Assembly: GCA_963776245.1 (NCBI GenBank)
Contig: CAVZLN010000006.1
Coordinates: 517,215-581,214 of the forward strand
DNA length: 64,000 nucleotides
Source: Candidatus Eiseniibacteriota bacterium
GTDB lineage: Bacteria > Eisenbacteria > RBG-16-71-46
Direction of reading: 5' to 3'
Each line of letters begins with the position of its first letter. The stretch's first letter is position 1. Positions 45,934-56,270 of the stretch are shown one piece after another. The notes under the pieces were generated by a model that saw only the letters and a program-made list of their open reading frames with translations, was not told where the DNA came from and made no database searches. A program made the translations under genes and the position numbers.

Positions 45934-48900
45934 TCAGGCCACCGGCGCCGGGGCCCCGGCCACCGCGGGCCCGCGCCGGCGCGCGCGCAGCCGGCGCTGG
46001 AGTCCGTCGAGGTAGGTGTAGAACACCGGCGTGACGTAGAGCGTCACGAGCTGCGAGAACGCCAGCCCTCCCACCACGGCGAGACCCAGCGGCCGGCGCG
46101 ACTCGGCGCCGGTGCCGAAGCCGATGGCGATCGGGAGCGTGCCCATCAGCGCGGCCATGGTGGTCATCATGATGGGCCGGAAGCGGATGATGCACGCCTC
46201 GACGATGGCGTCGCGCGGCGACTTGCCCTCGGTGCGCTCCGCGTCGAGCGCGAAGTCGATCATCATGATGGCGTTCTTCTTGACCAGGCCGACCAGCATG
46301 ATGACGCCGACGAAGGCGTAGATCGAGAGCTCGGTGCGGAACACGAACAGCGTGAGCAGCGCGCCGAAGCCCGCGAACGGCAGCCCCGACAGGATCGTCA
46401 GCGGGTGGATGAAGCTCTCGTAGAGCACGCCGAGCACCAGGTAGATGACCAGCACCGCGAGCAGCAGCAGCCAGAGCAGGCCCTGCTGGCTGTCCTTGAA
46501 CACCTGGGCGGTGCCGAAGAAGCTGGTGGAGATGGTCGCGGGCAGCACCTCGCGCGCGGCCTTCTCGACCGCGTCGGTGCCCTCGCCCAGCGCGACCCCG
46601 GGCCGGAGGTTGAACGACAGGGTGACCGCCGGGATCTGCCCGGCGTGGTTCACCGACAGCGGCCCGACGTCGGGCGCCAGCGTGGCGACCGCGCCGAGCG
46701 GGACCAGTCCGCCGTTGCGCGAGCGCACCGACAGCAGCGCGAGCGCGGACGGGTCGCGCTGGTACTGCGGCATCAGCTCCATGATGACCCAGTACTGGTC
46801 GTTGGGCGTGAAGATGGTCGAGACCTGGGCCGAGCCGTAGGCGCTGTAGAGCGCCTGCTGGATCTGCAGCGCGGTGATGCCGAGCGCGGCCGCCCGGTCG
46901 CGGTCGATCTGCACCTCGATCTGCGGATTGCGGATCTGCAGGTCGCTGGTGACGTCCTGGAGCCGCGGCTCCTTCTGCAGCCGCAGCAGCAGCGCGGTCG
47001 CTCCGTCGTAGAGCGCTCCGATGTCGGTGCTCTGCAGGGTGTACTGGTACTGGCTCTTCGAGACCCGCCCGCCCACGCTGATCACGGGCGGGTTGTTGAG
47101 GTAGACGCGGATGCCCGGGACGCGCGCGAGCTTCGGCTGCAGCTCGGCGATGACCTCGTCCGCGGACAGCCGGCGCTGCGCCCGCGGCTTCAGCCGGATG
47201 AAGAGCCTCCCGCTGTTGGTCGTGCCGCCGCCGCCGCCCCCGGCGCCCGACATGAAGTCCTGCACGTTCGGGTCCTTCGCGACGATCGCCGCCACCGCCT
47301 GCTGGTGGAGCACCATGGACTCGAACGACGTGCCTTCGGGGGTCTCGGTGGAGCCGCTGATCTGCCCCGTGTCCTCGCTCGGGATGAAGCCCTTGGGGAC
47401 GATCCGGTAGAGCCCGTAGGTGCCGAGGAGGATGGCGAGCGAGAACGCCAGCGCGACGCGACGATGGTCCATCACCCACTCCAGCGTGCGCGTGTAGACG
47501 CCCAGTACCGCCTGGTAGGCGCGCTCGTTGGCCTGGTAGATGCGCCCATGCCGCCGTTCGTGCTCGCTGGTGAGGAATCGGCTGCACAGCATCGGCGTGA
47601 GCGTGAGCGAGACGAAGCCCGAGATCAGGATCGCCGCGCTGATGGTGACCGCGAACTCGTGGAACAGGCGCCCGAGCAGGCCGCCCATGAGCAGCACCGG
47701 GATGAACACCGCGACCAGCGAGAGGGTCATCGACAGGATGGTGAACCCGATCTCGCGCGAGCCCTCCAGCGCCGCCTGGAGCGGGGGCTTGCCCATCTCC
47801 ACGTGCCGGTGGATGTTCTCGAGCATCACGATGGCGTCGTCCACCACGAAGCCGACCGACAGCGTGAGCGCCATGAGCGATAGGTTGTCGAGGCTGTAGC
47901 CCAGCCGGTTCATCACCGCGAAGGTGCCCACCACCGAGAGGGGCAGCGCGAGGCTGGGGATGACGGTGGCGGAGAGGTTCTTGAGGAACAGGAAGATGAC
48001 CATCACCACCAGCGCGAACGTGAGCAGCAGCGTGAACTGGACGTCCGTGACCGAGTTCCGGATCGAGATCGAGCGGTCGTAGAGCGGGAACACCTGCACG
48101 GAAGCCGGCAGTTGCGGCTGCAGCCGCTTCACCAGCTCCTGCACCCGGCTCGCCACCGCGACGGTGTTGGTGCCCGGCTGGCGCTGGATGGCGAGGATGA
48201 TGGCGCGCTCGCCGTGCGCCCAGTTCGCCGCCCGGTTGTTCTGCACGTCGTCGATGACGAGGCCCAGATCGCGAACGCGGACCGGCCCGCCCTCGCGCCA
48301 GGCGACCACCAGATCGCCGAACTCCTTCGCGTTCTTCAGCTGCCCGTTGGCCTGCACCGTGGCGGTGCGGTTCGGGCCCCACAGGATGCCGGTCGGCAGA
48401 TTCACATTGCCGCTGTTGATGGCGCTCGCGACCTCGTCGATGCCGATCTGGCGGGCGTTGAGGGCGTGCGGGTTGAGCCGCACGCGGACCGCGTACTTCT
48501 GCGAGCCGAACACCTGGACCTGCGCCACGCCGCTGACCATCGAGATGCGCTGCGCGAGGAAGCTCTCCGCGTACTCATTGAGCTGCGGGAGCGGCAGCAT
48601 CTTCGAGGTCAAGCCAAACATGATGATGGGCGAGCCCGCCGGATTCACCTTCTGATACGAGGGCGGGATGATGCCCGAGGGCAGGCGGCGCAAGGTCTGC
48701 GCGATCGCCGACTGCACGTCCTGCGCGGCCGCGTCGATGTTGCGGTCGAGGGTGAACTGCATCGTGATGTTGGTGCTGCCCTGGCCCGAGGACGAGGTCA
48801 TCACGTCGAGCCCGGGGATGGTGGAGAACTGCTTCTCGAGCGGCGTGGCGACCGCCGACGCCATGGTCTCGGGGCTCGCGCCGGCGAGGCTGGCGCTCAC

Positions 48901-49038
48901 CGAGATGATCGGGTAGTCCACGTTCGGCACGTCGCTGACGGGCAGTTGCGTGTAGCCGATCAGCCCGAAGAACAGGATGCCGACCATGATCAGCGTGGTG
49001 GCGATCGGCCTCCGGATGAACAGCGCCGAGAGGTTCAC
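45934..49038 (-). CDS. RND multidrug efflux permease (AcrB/HAE1 family)
   Basis: GTG start at VNLSALFIRRPIATTL; about 1034 aa, 12 TMs and two large periplasmic loops. Confidence 0.9.
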   Translation of the reverse strand: MNLSALFIRRPIATTLIMVGILFFGLIGYTQLPVSDVPNVDYPIISVSASLAGASPETMASAVATPLEKQFSTIPGLDVMTSSSGQGSTNITMQFTLDRNIDAAAQDVQSAIAQTLRRLPSGIIPPSYQKVNPAGSPIIMFGLTSKMLPLPQLNEYAESFLAQRISMVSGVAQVQVFGSQKYAVRVRLNPHALNARQIGIDEVASAINSGNVNLPTGILWGPNRTATVQANGQLKNAKEFGDLVVAWREGGPVRVRDLGLVIDDVQNNRAANWAHGERAIILAIQRQPGTNTVAVASRVQELVKRLQPQLPASVQVFPLYDRSISIRNSVTDVQFTLLLTFALVVMVIFLFLKNLSATVIPSLALPLSVVGTFAVMNRLGYSLDNLSLMALTLSVGFVVDDAIVMLENIHRHVEMGKPPLQAALEGSREIGFTILSMTLSLVAVFIPVLLMGGLLGRLFHEFAVTISAAILISGFVSLTLTPMLCSRFLTSEHERRHGRIYQANERAYQAVLGVYTRTLEWVMDHRRVALAFSLAILLGTYGLYRIVPKGFIPSEDTGQISGSTETPEGTSFESMVLHQQAVAAIVAKDPNVQDFMSGAGGGGGGTTNSGRLFIRLKPRAQRRLSADEVIAELQPKLARVPGIRVYLNNPPVISVGGRVSKSQYQYTLQSTDIGALYDGATALLLRLQKEPRLQDVTSDLQIRNPQIEVQIDRDRAAALGITALQIQQALYSAYGSAQVSTIFTPNDQYWVIMELMPQYQRDPSALALLSVRSRNGGLVPLGAVATLAPDVGPLSVNHAGQIPAVTLSFNLRPGVALGEGTDAVEKAAREVLPATISTSFFGTAQVFKDSQQGLLWLLLLAVLVIYLVLGVLYESFIHPLTILSGLPFAGFGALLTLFVFRTELSIYAFVGVIMLVGLVKKNAIMMIDFALDAERTEGKSPRDAIVEACIIRFRPIMMTTMAALMGTLPIAIGFGTGAESRRPLGLAVVGGLAFSQLVTLYVTPVFYTYLDGLQRRLRARRRGPAVAGAPAPVA

Positions 49039-50183
49039 GGCTGCCGGTCCCCCGCGGCCTGGCGCACCATCACGCGGGCCTTGGGGCCGATGCGGAACTG
49101 TCCGTCGGTGATCACGGTCTCGCCCGCCTCGATCCCGCCGGTGATCACCGCGAGGACGTCGTCGGACCGCACCACCCTGACCGGGCGAGAGGTGACCGTG
49201 GAGTCGGGATTCAGCACGTACACGTAGGTGCCCATCTGTCCGTTCGTCACGGCCGGGGCCGGCACCACCTTGACGCCCCGCTGGGTGGTGAGCACCAGCC
49301 GCACCTCGACGAACTCGCCCGGCCACAGCCGCCCGTCCCGGTTGGGGAACTCGCCCTTGAGCAGCAGCGTGCCGTTCGTCGGGTCCACCGTGTTGTCGAT
49401 GAACGCCAGCCGGCCCTCGACCTCCACCGAGTCCCCCGACGCCGCCCGCGCGAACACGCGCGGGCCGGCGGCGCGATAGCGCTGCACGGCCGGCAGGTCA
49501 CCCTGCGAGAGCGTGAACCGCACCAGCACCGGCCGGGTCTGGTTGAGGGTGACCAGCGGCTCCGAGGTGGCGGCCTTCACCAGATCGCCGACGTGCACGT
49601 CCACCTTCCCGGCCCGGCCCGCGATCGGTGCGCGGATGCTCGCGTACTCCAGGTTCAGCCGGGCGCCGGCGACCGCCGCGGAGTCCGCGCTCACGGTGCC
49701 GCGCAGCGCGTCGGCGGTGGCCGTCACCCGGTCGTGCTCGGCGGGCGCGATCAGGCTCTGCGCGAGCATCTTGTCCGCGCGCTCGGCGTCCAGCCGCGCG
49801 CTGGTCCACTGCGCCAGATCGCGCGCGAGGTTGGCCCGCGCCAGATCGAGCGCGGCGCGGAACGGCCGCGGGTCGAGCTCGATCAGCACCTGCCCGGCCG
49901 CGACCTCCTGACCCTCGCGGAACGCGATGCGGGTGACCACGCCGCCGACCTGCGAGCCCACCGAGGCGTTCTGCACCGCCTCCACCGTGCCAGTGGAGAC
50001 GAGCGCGAGCGGCATGTCGCGCACCTCGACCCTCGCGACGGTGACCGGCACACGGGGATCGCGCGGCGCCTTGCGGCCGCCGCACCCGGCCACGAGCAAC
50101 GCCAGCACTGCGAACCAGACCATCAGCGGACGCGGACGGGAACGGCGCGGGGACGGCCCCGCGAGCCCGGCGAGGGCATTCAT
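49035..50183 (-). CDS. RND efflux periplasmic adaptor (AcrA-like lipoprotein)
   Basis: Lipobox LLVAGCGG with lipoyl/β-barrel/MP domains. 4-nt overlap with the permease. Confidence 0.85.
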   Translation of the reverse strand: MNALAGLAGPSPRRSRPRPLMVWFAVLALLVAGCGGRKAPRDPRVPVTVARVEVRDMPLALVSTGTVEAVQNASVGSQVGGVVTRIAFREGQEVAAGQVLIELDPRPFRAALDLARANLARDLAQWTSARLDAERADKMLAQSLIAPAEHDRVTATADALRGTVSADSAAVAGARLNLEYASIRAPIAGRAGKVDVHVGDLVKAATSEPLVTLNQTRPVLVRFTLSQGDLPAVQRYRAAGPRVFARAASGDSVEVEGRLAFIDNTVDPTNGTLLLKGEFPNRDGRLWPGEFVEVRLVLTTQRGVKVVPAPAVTNGQMGTYVYVLNPDSTVTSRPVRVVRSDDVLAVITGGIEAGETVITDGQFRIGPKARVMVRQAAGDRQP

Positions 50184-50401
50184 GGGAGCACTCCTGGGAC
50201 GCTGGCGGGGGCCTTCATTCCAAGGGTATACCCTCGCGCCACCCGACGCGTCCAGCCCGTGTCCACCGCGCAGCGCTCGCGACCCGGATTGCCGCGCTCG
50301 TCCGCGCCCGCGGTCCCTGCGGTCTCCGCGGCGCCCGCCGTGCCCGGTCGCGCCACCCCGGCCGGCGCCGCGAGCTCACTTCATTCGCACCCCGATGCGC
50401 G

Positions 50402-50433
50402 GCACGCCGCACCGGTTGCCCGGTGCGGCGTGT
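50402..50433. terminator. 13–14-bp stem hairpin (CGCCGCACCGG TTGC CCGGTGCGGCG) about 40 nt downstream of the multicopper-oxidase stop
   Basis: Perfect inverted repeat read from the sequence. Lies in the 290-bp gap between the oxidase stop and the RND operon start. Confidence 0.5.
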
Positions 50434-50473
50434 GCGGCCTGCTCTCGGCGATCGGGGGATGCCGAGCCGCGTC

Positions 50474-52897
50474 CTACTGGATGCGCGCGAGTCGCTGGGT
50501 GATCACCTGGCCCTGCGCCTCGAACCGGATGAAGTAGAGACCATTCGAGACCGTGCGGCCGTCGGCATCGCGGCCATCCCACGTCAGGCCGTGCGGGCCC
50601 GCCGGGAACGCGCCGTTCGCCAGCTCGCGCACCTTGCGGCCGCCGGCGTCGTAGACCGCGAGGCGCACATGGCCCTCGCGCGAGAGCGAGAATCGCAGGC
50701 TGGCGTCCCCGGCCGTCGGGTTCGGAGTCGGGCGCTCGAACGCGAAGCGCGAGTCGAGCGGGAGCTCGACCCAGGCCTCACCGAAGAAGCGCTCCGTGCC
50801 GCCCTCGACCACGCCGAGCCGGTATCCATAGCTCTGGCCCGGGGTCGCGTCGCGGTCGTCGTACACCAGGTGGCCAGTGCCGTCCGCCGCGAGCGTGCCG
50901 AGGCGGGCCCAGGCGTCACTCGCGGTGCGGCGGTAGAGCGAGGCGACCGTCGCCGCGTCGGGGCTGTACCAGTCGAGATGGATGGCGCCGTCCTGCACCA
51001 GGCCGGTCACCAGCGCGAGCTGCACCGGAGTCGCGGTGTTGCAGTAGTACTCCTCACCCACCAGGGGATCCGGGATGTCGGCCGGGGTCAGCACGGGCGA
51101 GCCGGGCGCGCCGGCCGCCGTCAGCTGATACGGGCGCATCATGTCGTTCTCTTCGTGCTCCAGGATGTGACAGTGGGTCACGTACGGCCCGCTCGTGGCG
51201 TCGAACGGGAACGATCCACCGTCCTGCGGCGCGAACCGCACCAGGATGCGCGAGACCTCGCCCGGATTGCAGCGGAAGGTGTCCTTCCAGCCGCGCTCGT
51301 TGGCCTCCGGGGCGAAGGGCGTCCCCGACAGGTAGGGCTCGAACGGGACCGGGTTGTACATACCACCCATGGGCACCGGGATCACCGGGTTCTGGATGTC
51401 GAATTCGGTCGTGAACGCCATGGAATTGAAGGCCTGGCGGCTGTAGGGCAGGAACTGCACCAGGTGCAGGTGCATCGGGTGCGTGTCCATGGTCATGTTC
51501 ACGATCTCCCACAGCTCGGTCTCGCCGACCTTGGGCATGATCACGTCCATGTCGTCCACGAACTCCCGCCCGTCGATATACATCCCCAACGGCCCGCCGG
51601 GGCCCGCCTTCTCCATCAACGTGACAGTGCGGCGGCGGGTCGGGATGAGTTCGGGCATGGGGTTGTTCGTGCTGATGGTGCTTCCATCCGGGCCGCCCGC
51701 CGCGTGCACGCGGAACTGCATCACCTGGCCGGAGGTGGACGGATCCACCGGGTCACCGTCCGGGAACGGGGAGTTCGCGTTGTTGACCAGCACCAGGTTC
51801 GTCCCAGGGGCCACGCCCGCGAAGTCGATGATGACGTCGCAGCGCTCGCCGGGGGCGATGATCAGCCGCCGGGTGTTGGGGTTGGCCGGGTTGTTGAGCA
51901 CCACCGCGCACGGCAGGTAACCGCCGTCGGTGCCGATCTGGTAGAAGGCGGGCCCGGGCGCGCCGGTCTGCTGGTCCTCGAGCCGCACCGAGAAGAACCG
52001 CGCCTGGGATCCGTTCAGGAACCGGAAGCGATACTTGCGCGCCTCGACGTCGAGGTACGGCCACACCTTGCCGTTCACCATCATCACGTCGCCGAAGAAC
52101 TCCGGCCCCCAGAACGGATGCTCCGGGTTCACGCTCATGTTCGGATAGAGCAGCGAGCCGTCGTCGTTGAACATCTTGTCCTGGAGGCAGAGCGGCACAT
52201 CGTACGGCCCGCTGGGCAGGTTGGAGGGCTCGTTGCCGGGGTCCTGCACGAGGAAATAGCCCGCCAGGCCGGCGTACACGTTGAGCCGCGTGTATCCCCA
52301 CGCGTGATCGTGGTACCAGATGGTCGAGGCCTGCTGCCCGTTGTGGTAAGTGAAGGTATCGTGCGACCAGAGCGTGCCCTTGTCGGTGTAGTCGTTCGTG
52401 AACCACTGGAACGGGTGGCCGTCGCTCTGGGGCTCGGTCTCGCCACCGTGGACGTGCGGGACCACGGGGATCCCGCCATGCGGCGGACGCGCGCCCATGA
52501 TGGTCGGGTCGTTCACGCTCTCGAACAGATGCACGGCCGGAAGGTGATTCTCCCACTTCACCTGGATGGGCACGTTCCGCTGCGCGACGATGCTCAGCGC
52601 CGGATAGCTCGCGGTGGCCTGCGACGTGCCGTAACCCCACACCGTGCTGGGGGCCAGTTCGCTGTGGAGCTGCTGGGTGATCTGGTACATGCCGATCGTG
52701 TAGTGGTTCGGTCCGTCCTGCGGCATCGCACCGGGAAGCGGCAGCGGGTCGATGTACTTGGTGAGGCTGAGGGGATCCAGTGGAAGGGCTCGCGCTGAGG
52801 AGGCGGCGAGGAGCGCGATGCAGGCGGCCAGGAAAAGGTTCAGGAAATGTCGCGTGTGGTCGCGGAGACCGGACGCCGAGCGTAGCGGTGTCAGCAT
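50474..52897 (-). CDS. Multicopper oxidase (CotA/laccase/bilirubin-oxidase-like) with T9SS C-terminal sorting domain
   Basis: Signal peptide. Copper-site motifs WYHDHAWG, HVHGG, HPMHLHLVQF and HCHILEHEENDMM. C-terminus PNPTAGDASLRFSL...VRLAVYDAGGRKVRELANG...LTWDGRDADGRTVSNGLYFIRFEAQGQVITQRLARIQ. Confidence 0.85.
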   Translation of the reverse strand: MLTPLRSASGLRDHTRHFLNLFLAACIALLAASSARALPLDPLSLTKYIDPLPLPGAMPQDGPNHYTIGMYQITQQLHSELAPSTVWGYGTSQATASYPALSIVAQRNVPIQVKWENHLPAVHLFESVNDPTIMGARPPHGGIPVVPHVHGGETEPQSDGHPFQWFTNDYTDKGTLWSHDTFTYHNGQQASTIWYHDHAWGYTRLNVYAGLAGYFLVQDPGNEPSNLPSGPYDVPLCLQDKMFNDDGSLLYPNMSVNPEHPFWGPEFFGDVMMVNGKVWPYLDVEARKYRFRFLNGSQARFFSVRLEDQQTGAPGPAFYQIGTDGGYLPCAVVLNNPANPNTRRLIIAPGERCDVIIDFAGVAPGTNLVLVNNANSPFPDGDPVDPSTSGQVMQFRVHAAGGPDGSTISTNNPMPELIPTRRRTVTLMEKAGPGGPLGMYIDGREFVDDMDVIMPKVGETELWEIVNMTMDTHPMHLHLVQFLPYSRQAFNSMAFTTEFDIQNPVIPVPMGGMYNPVPFEPYLSGTPFAPEANERGWKDTFRCNPGEVSRILVRFAPQDGGSFPFDATSGPYVTHCHILEHEENDMMRPYQLTAAGAPGSPVLTPADIPDPLVGEEYYCNTATPVQLALVTGLVQDGAIHLDWYSPDAATVASLYRRTASDAWARLGTLAADGTGHLVYDDRDATPGQSYGYRLGVVEGGTERFFGEAWVELPLDSRFAFERPTPNPTAGDASLRFSLSREGHVRLAVYDAGGRKVRELANGAFPAGPHGLTWDGRDADGRTVSNGLYFIRFEAQGQVITQRLARIQ

Positions 52898-53144
52898 GAT
52901 GACCTCGGGGATGGAGGGTAAGTCCAACGGTGGACGGGTGCTAAGAGAGGTCCGGCGGCCCACTGCCTCGACATCGACCGTCCTGGTCACCAGCAGTTCG
53001 AGACTTTCTTCACATGGAATGCTACCCGACCTCAAAAATGGAAGTCAAGACATTGTGCGGTTGGGATGGGGTAGGTCAACCCGACTGAGGGCCAGCGGGA
53101 TGGGTCAGCCGGTGGGTCCGACCGCCGGCCCGAGGAGCGCCCGC

Positions 53145-53867
53145 TCAGGCCAGGTTGTGGAACACCCGCTGGACGTCGTCGTCCTGCTCGAGGGCGTCGA
53201 TCATCTTGAGGACCTCGGTGGCGCGGTCCTCCGGGAGCTCGACAGGGCTGGACGGGATGTACTCGGATTCGGCCGAGAGGGGGGCCAGTTTGCGGTCCTC
53301 GAGGGCCTTCTGGAGCCGGCCGAAGTCGCCGAAGCCGCACCGGATGACGATCTGGGGCTCGCCCTTCTCGCCGACGCTCTCCCCCATCTCCTCGAGACCG
53401 TGGTCGATGAGGTCGAGTTCGAGGGTCTCCGGGTCGAGCCCTTCCGGCTTGAGCCGGAACACCCCCATGCGCCGGAACAGGAATCCGACGCTCCCGGTCG
53501 AGCCCATGTTGCCGCCACCCTTGTTGAAATGGCTGCGGATGTTGGCGACCGTGCGCGTGGGATTGTCGGTCGCCGCTTCGACCAGCACCGCCACGCCATG
53601 CGCCCCGTAGCCCTCGTAGAGGATCTCCTCGTAGCTCGCCACGTCCTGACCGGACGCCTTCTTGATCGCCGACTCGACCTTGTCCTTCGGCATATTGAGG
53701 GCGCGCGAGTTCTGGATGATGCGCCGCAGCGACGGGTTGTTCTCGGGGTTCGGCCCGCTCGCCCTCACCGCGATGGTGATCTCCTTGCCGATGCGGGCGA
53801 ACGCCTTGGACATCTTGTCCCAGCGGGCGAACATCGTGGCTTTGCGGGTCTCGAAGATGCGTCCCAT
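53145..53867 (-). CDS. yebC: YebC/PmpR (TACO1) family transcriptional regulator
   Basis: [34 protein letters not shown]...; 240 aa. Confidence 0.85.
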   Translation of the reverse strand: MGRIFETRKATMFARWDKMSKAFARIGKEITIAVRASGPNPENNPSLRRIIQNSRALNMPKDKVESAIKKASGQDVASYEEILYEGYGAHGVAVLVEAATDNPTRTVANIRSHFNKGGGNMGSTGSVGFLFRRMGVFRLKPEGLDPETLELDLIDHGLEEMGESVGEKGEPQIVIRCGFGDFGRLQKALEDRKLAPLSAESEYIPSSPVELPEDRATEVLKMIDALEQDDDVQRVFHNLA

Positions 53868-54133
53868 GATCGTTCCTGCGCGGAGAGGGCCTCGGATCGG
53901 GGCAGACCCGGTGGGGGCGGTCGGCGGAGTTCGGGCAGCGCGATGGCCGCCGCCGGCAGCGAGTGTCGCGCGCCCGGCACGTCCAAGTAAAGGCCCCGTC
54001 CCCGCGCTCGGACCCGCGGCCGGCCGGTCCGGGCCGGATTGACTCCGTCGCCGGGAACCGGAATCGTGCTCCCCTCGGGCGCGCTCGCTCATGAGAGTCA
54101 CCCATCGCGCCCGGTCCGGAGGCCCTGGTTCCC

Positions 54134-55039
54134 ATGGATCTGCTGCGGCTGTTCGCGGACAACCTGCTGCCGGTGTTCCTGACCGCGGGCGCCGGCTACC
54201 TGATCGCGGCGACCCTGCGTCCCGATCCGCGCGGGCTCGCCCAGGTGGCGCTCTACGTGCTCGCCCCGTGCCTCATCTTCGAGGTCATCCTCCAGAGTCG
54301 CGTGCCGGTCGGGCTCCTGCTGCGCATGATGGGGTTCGCCTCGGTGTGTCTCGTGCTTCCCGCGCTGGTCGCGGTCGCGGTCGCGCGCTGGCGGCGCTGG
54401 CCGCGCCCGCTGGCGAGCGCGGTCGTCCTCACCGTGCTGCTGACCAACGCCGGCAACTACGGGATGTCGGTCAACCTGATCGCCTTCGGGCAGGACGGGC
54501 TCGCCTACGCCAGCCTCTACTTCCTGACTTCCGCGATCATGAGCTACACCGTGGGCGTGTTCGTGGCCTCGCTCGGACGCACCAGCGTCCGCGCGTCGCT
54601 CGCCGGATTGCTGAAGGTGCCCACGGTGTGGGCCGTCGTGCTGGCGTTCGCGATGGTGCGCCTCGGGGTGACCCTGCCGGGACCCGCCGCGAGCGCCGTG
54701 CATCTGCTCGCGCAGGCGTGCGTGCCGGTGTTCCTCGTGGTGCTCGGCATGCAATTGCGGGGCGCGCGCATGAGGGGCCCGTGGCGTCCGGTCGTCTTCG
54801 CCACCGGGATGCGGCTGGCCGGCGGGGCGGCCGTGGGGCTCCTGGTCGCGCCGTGGTTCGGGCTCCACGGGGTCGCGCGCCAGGCGGGCGTGCTGCAGTC
54901 CTCGATGCCGTCCGCGGTCATCGGGACCATTCTCGCGACCGAATACGACGTCGAGCCCTCGCTGGTGACGTCGGTGGTGCTCCTCACCACGCTGCTGAGC
55001 CCGTTCACGCTGACGCCGCTGCTCGCGTATCTGCGCTGA
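54134..55039 (+). CDS. AEC (auxin efflux carrier / malate permease) family transporter
   Basis: 301 aa, about 10 TMs, typical AEC topology. Confidence 0.75.
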   Translation: MDLLRLFADNLLPVFLTAGAGYLIAATLRPDPRGLAQVALYVLAPCLIFEVILQSRVPVGLLLRMMGFASVCLVLPALVAVAVARWRRWPRPLASAVVLTVLLTNAGNYGMSVNLIAFGQDGLAYASLYFLTSAIMSYTVGVFVASLGRTSVRASLAGLLKVPTVWAVVLAFAMVRLGVTLPGPAASAVHLLAQACVPVFLVVLGMQLRGARMRGPWRPVVFATGMRLAGGAAVGLLVAPWFGLHGVARQAGVLQSSMPSAVIGTILATEYDVEPSLVTSVVLLTTLLSPFTLTPLLAYLR

Positions 55040-55146
55040 TCGGCGCCGTGCGCGGCGTCCGGCGCGCCGCCCGCTCGTGTATGATGCCCGCGCTCCGGCC
55101 CGACCGTCCCATCGGGCGTGACGCCCCGGCACCGAGGCCCCATCCC

Positions 55147-55533
55147 ATGCTCCTGAACGTGCAGACCGCTCCGGGCGAGTTCCTCGACCGTCTCGTCATC
55201 CTCGAGATCAAGTCCGAGCGGATCGCGGACCCGGGGAAGCTCGCCAACGTGCGCCGCGAGCTCGAGCTGCTGCGCGCCACCTGGGCCGCTTCGCCGCTCG
55301 CCGCGCGCGACGTCGCGGCATCGGTGGCCGCGCTCAAGGCGGTTAACGAGGCGCTGTGGGAGATCGAGGACCGCATCCGCGCCTGCGAGGCGGAAGCCCG
55401 CTTCGACGCCGAGTTCATCGACCTCGCTCGCTCGGTCTATCGCACCAACGACCGGCGCGCGGCGATCAAGCGCGAGCTGAACCTCGCGCTGGGGTCCGAC
55501 CTGCTCGAGGAGAAATCGTACACCGAGTACTGA
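55147..55533 (+). CDS. Hypothetical protein
   Basis: 128-aa helical protein (MLLNVQTAPGEFLDRLVILEIKSERIADPG...). It is the tail of the spurious long ORF 54091..55533. Confidence 0.35.
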   Translation: MLLNVQTAPGEFLDRLVILEIKSERIADPGKLANVRRELELLRATWAASPLAARDVAASVAALKAVNEALWEIEDRIRACEAEARFDAEFIDLARSVYRTNDRRAAIKRELNLALGSDLLEEKSYTEY

Positions 55534-55596
55534 GACGCGGCGCGGGACCCCACGGGACTCCCCGGGCGGATCGGGGACGCGGCCGGGCAGGCGCCG

Positions 55597-55776
55597 TCAC
55601 GACGCGATGATCGGGTGATCGGTGCCCTCCTCCTCCTCCCGCTCCATGTCCCGGAGCAGCCCGTTCACCATGCGCTCGAGCAGGCTCTGCACCGTGATGC
55701 CCTCCCGGCGCGCCTCCGCCTCGTAGGCGCGCAGGGCCTCCTCGCCGATCTCCACGCAGATATGGACTCTCGACAT
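55597..55776 (-). CDS. Small ribbon-helix-helix (CopG-like) protein, 59 aa, not in ORF track
   Basis: Hand-translated: MSRVHICVEIGEEALRAYEAEARREGITVQSLLERMVNGLLRDMEREEEEGTDHPIIAS, a β-strand then two helices as in RHH. It falls below the track's 60-aa floor. Confidence 0.3.
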   Translation of the reverse strand: MSRVHICVEIGEEALRAYEAEARREGITVQSLLERMVNGLLRDMEREEEEGTDHPIIAS

Positions 55777-55875
55777 GCGGGCACATCCCCCCTGGCGGAG
55801 TCGCGCTCCGCCGACGCCCGGGGCGGGCGGGCCGCTCCCCGCAGCCGGCGGCCCCCCACGCCCGGGACTCGAGCG

Positions 55876-56268
55876 CTAGACCGCCGGGACCGCCTTGAAC
55901 CCGTAGCACAGGATGCCGCCGTGTCCTTCCGCTCGCAGGCGGCGGAACACCAACGACACGTCCATGCCGGGCTGCACCGCCGACGGATCGCAGTCCACCA
56001 CCTGGGTCATGAGCCGCGCGCCTTCCGGGGTCTCCACCACGGCGACCACGTAAGGCGCCTCCATCTGGAAGTCGGTCGGGGCCACGGTCACGACGGTCGA
56101 GGTGATGACCTTGCCCTTCCACGACAGCTTGGTCTTCTCGAACTCGGTGCCTCGGCACGCCGGACAGATGCGGCGCGCCGGGAACACCACCTTGCTGCAC
56201 TTGCTGCAGCGCACCGCCTCGAGGCGATAGCGCGTCGGGATCTCTCGCCAGTATCTCGGGCTGGGCAT
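55876..56268 (-). CDS. DUF35 Zn-ribbon/OB-fold protein (thiolase–HMGCS scaffold subunit)
   Basis: CSKCSKVVFPARRICPACRG zinc ribbon followed by an OB fold; 130 aa. Confidence 0.8.
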   Translation of the reverse strand: MPSPRYWREIPTRYRLEAVRCSKCSKVVFPARRICPACRGTEFEKTKLSWKGKVITSTVVTVAPTDFQMEAPYVVAVVETPEGARLMTQVVDCDPSAVQPGMDVSLVFRRLRAEGHGGILCYGFKAVPAV

Positions 56269-56270
56269 GG

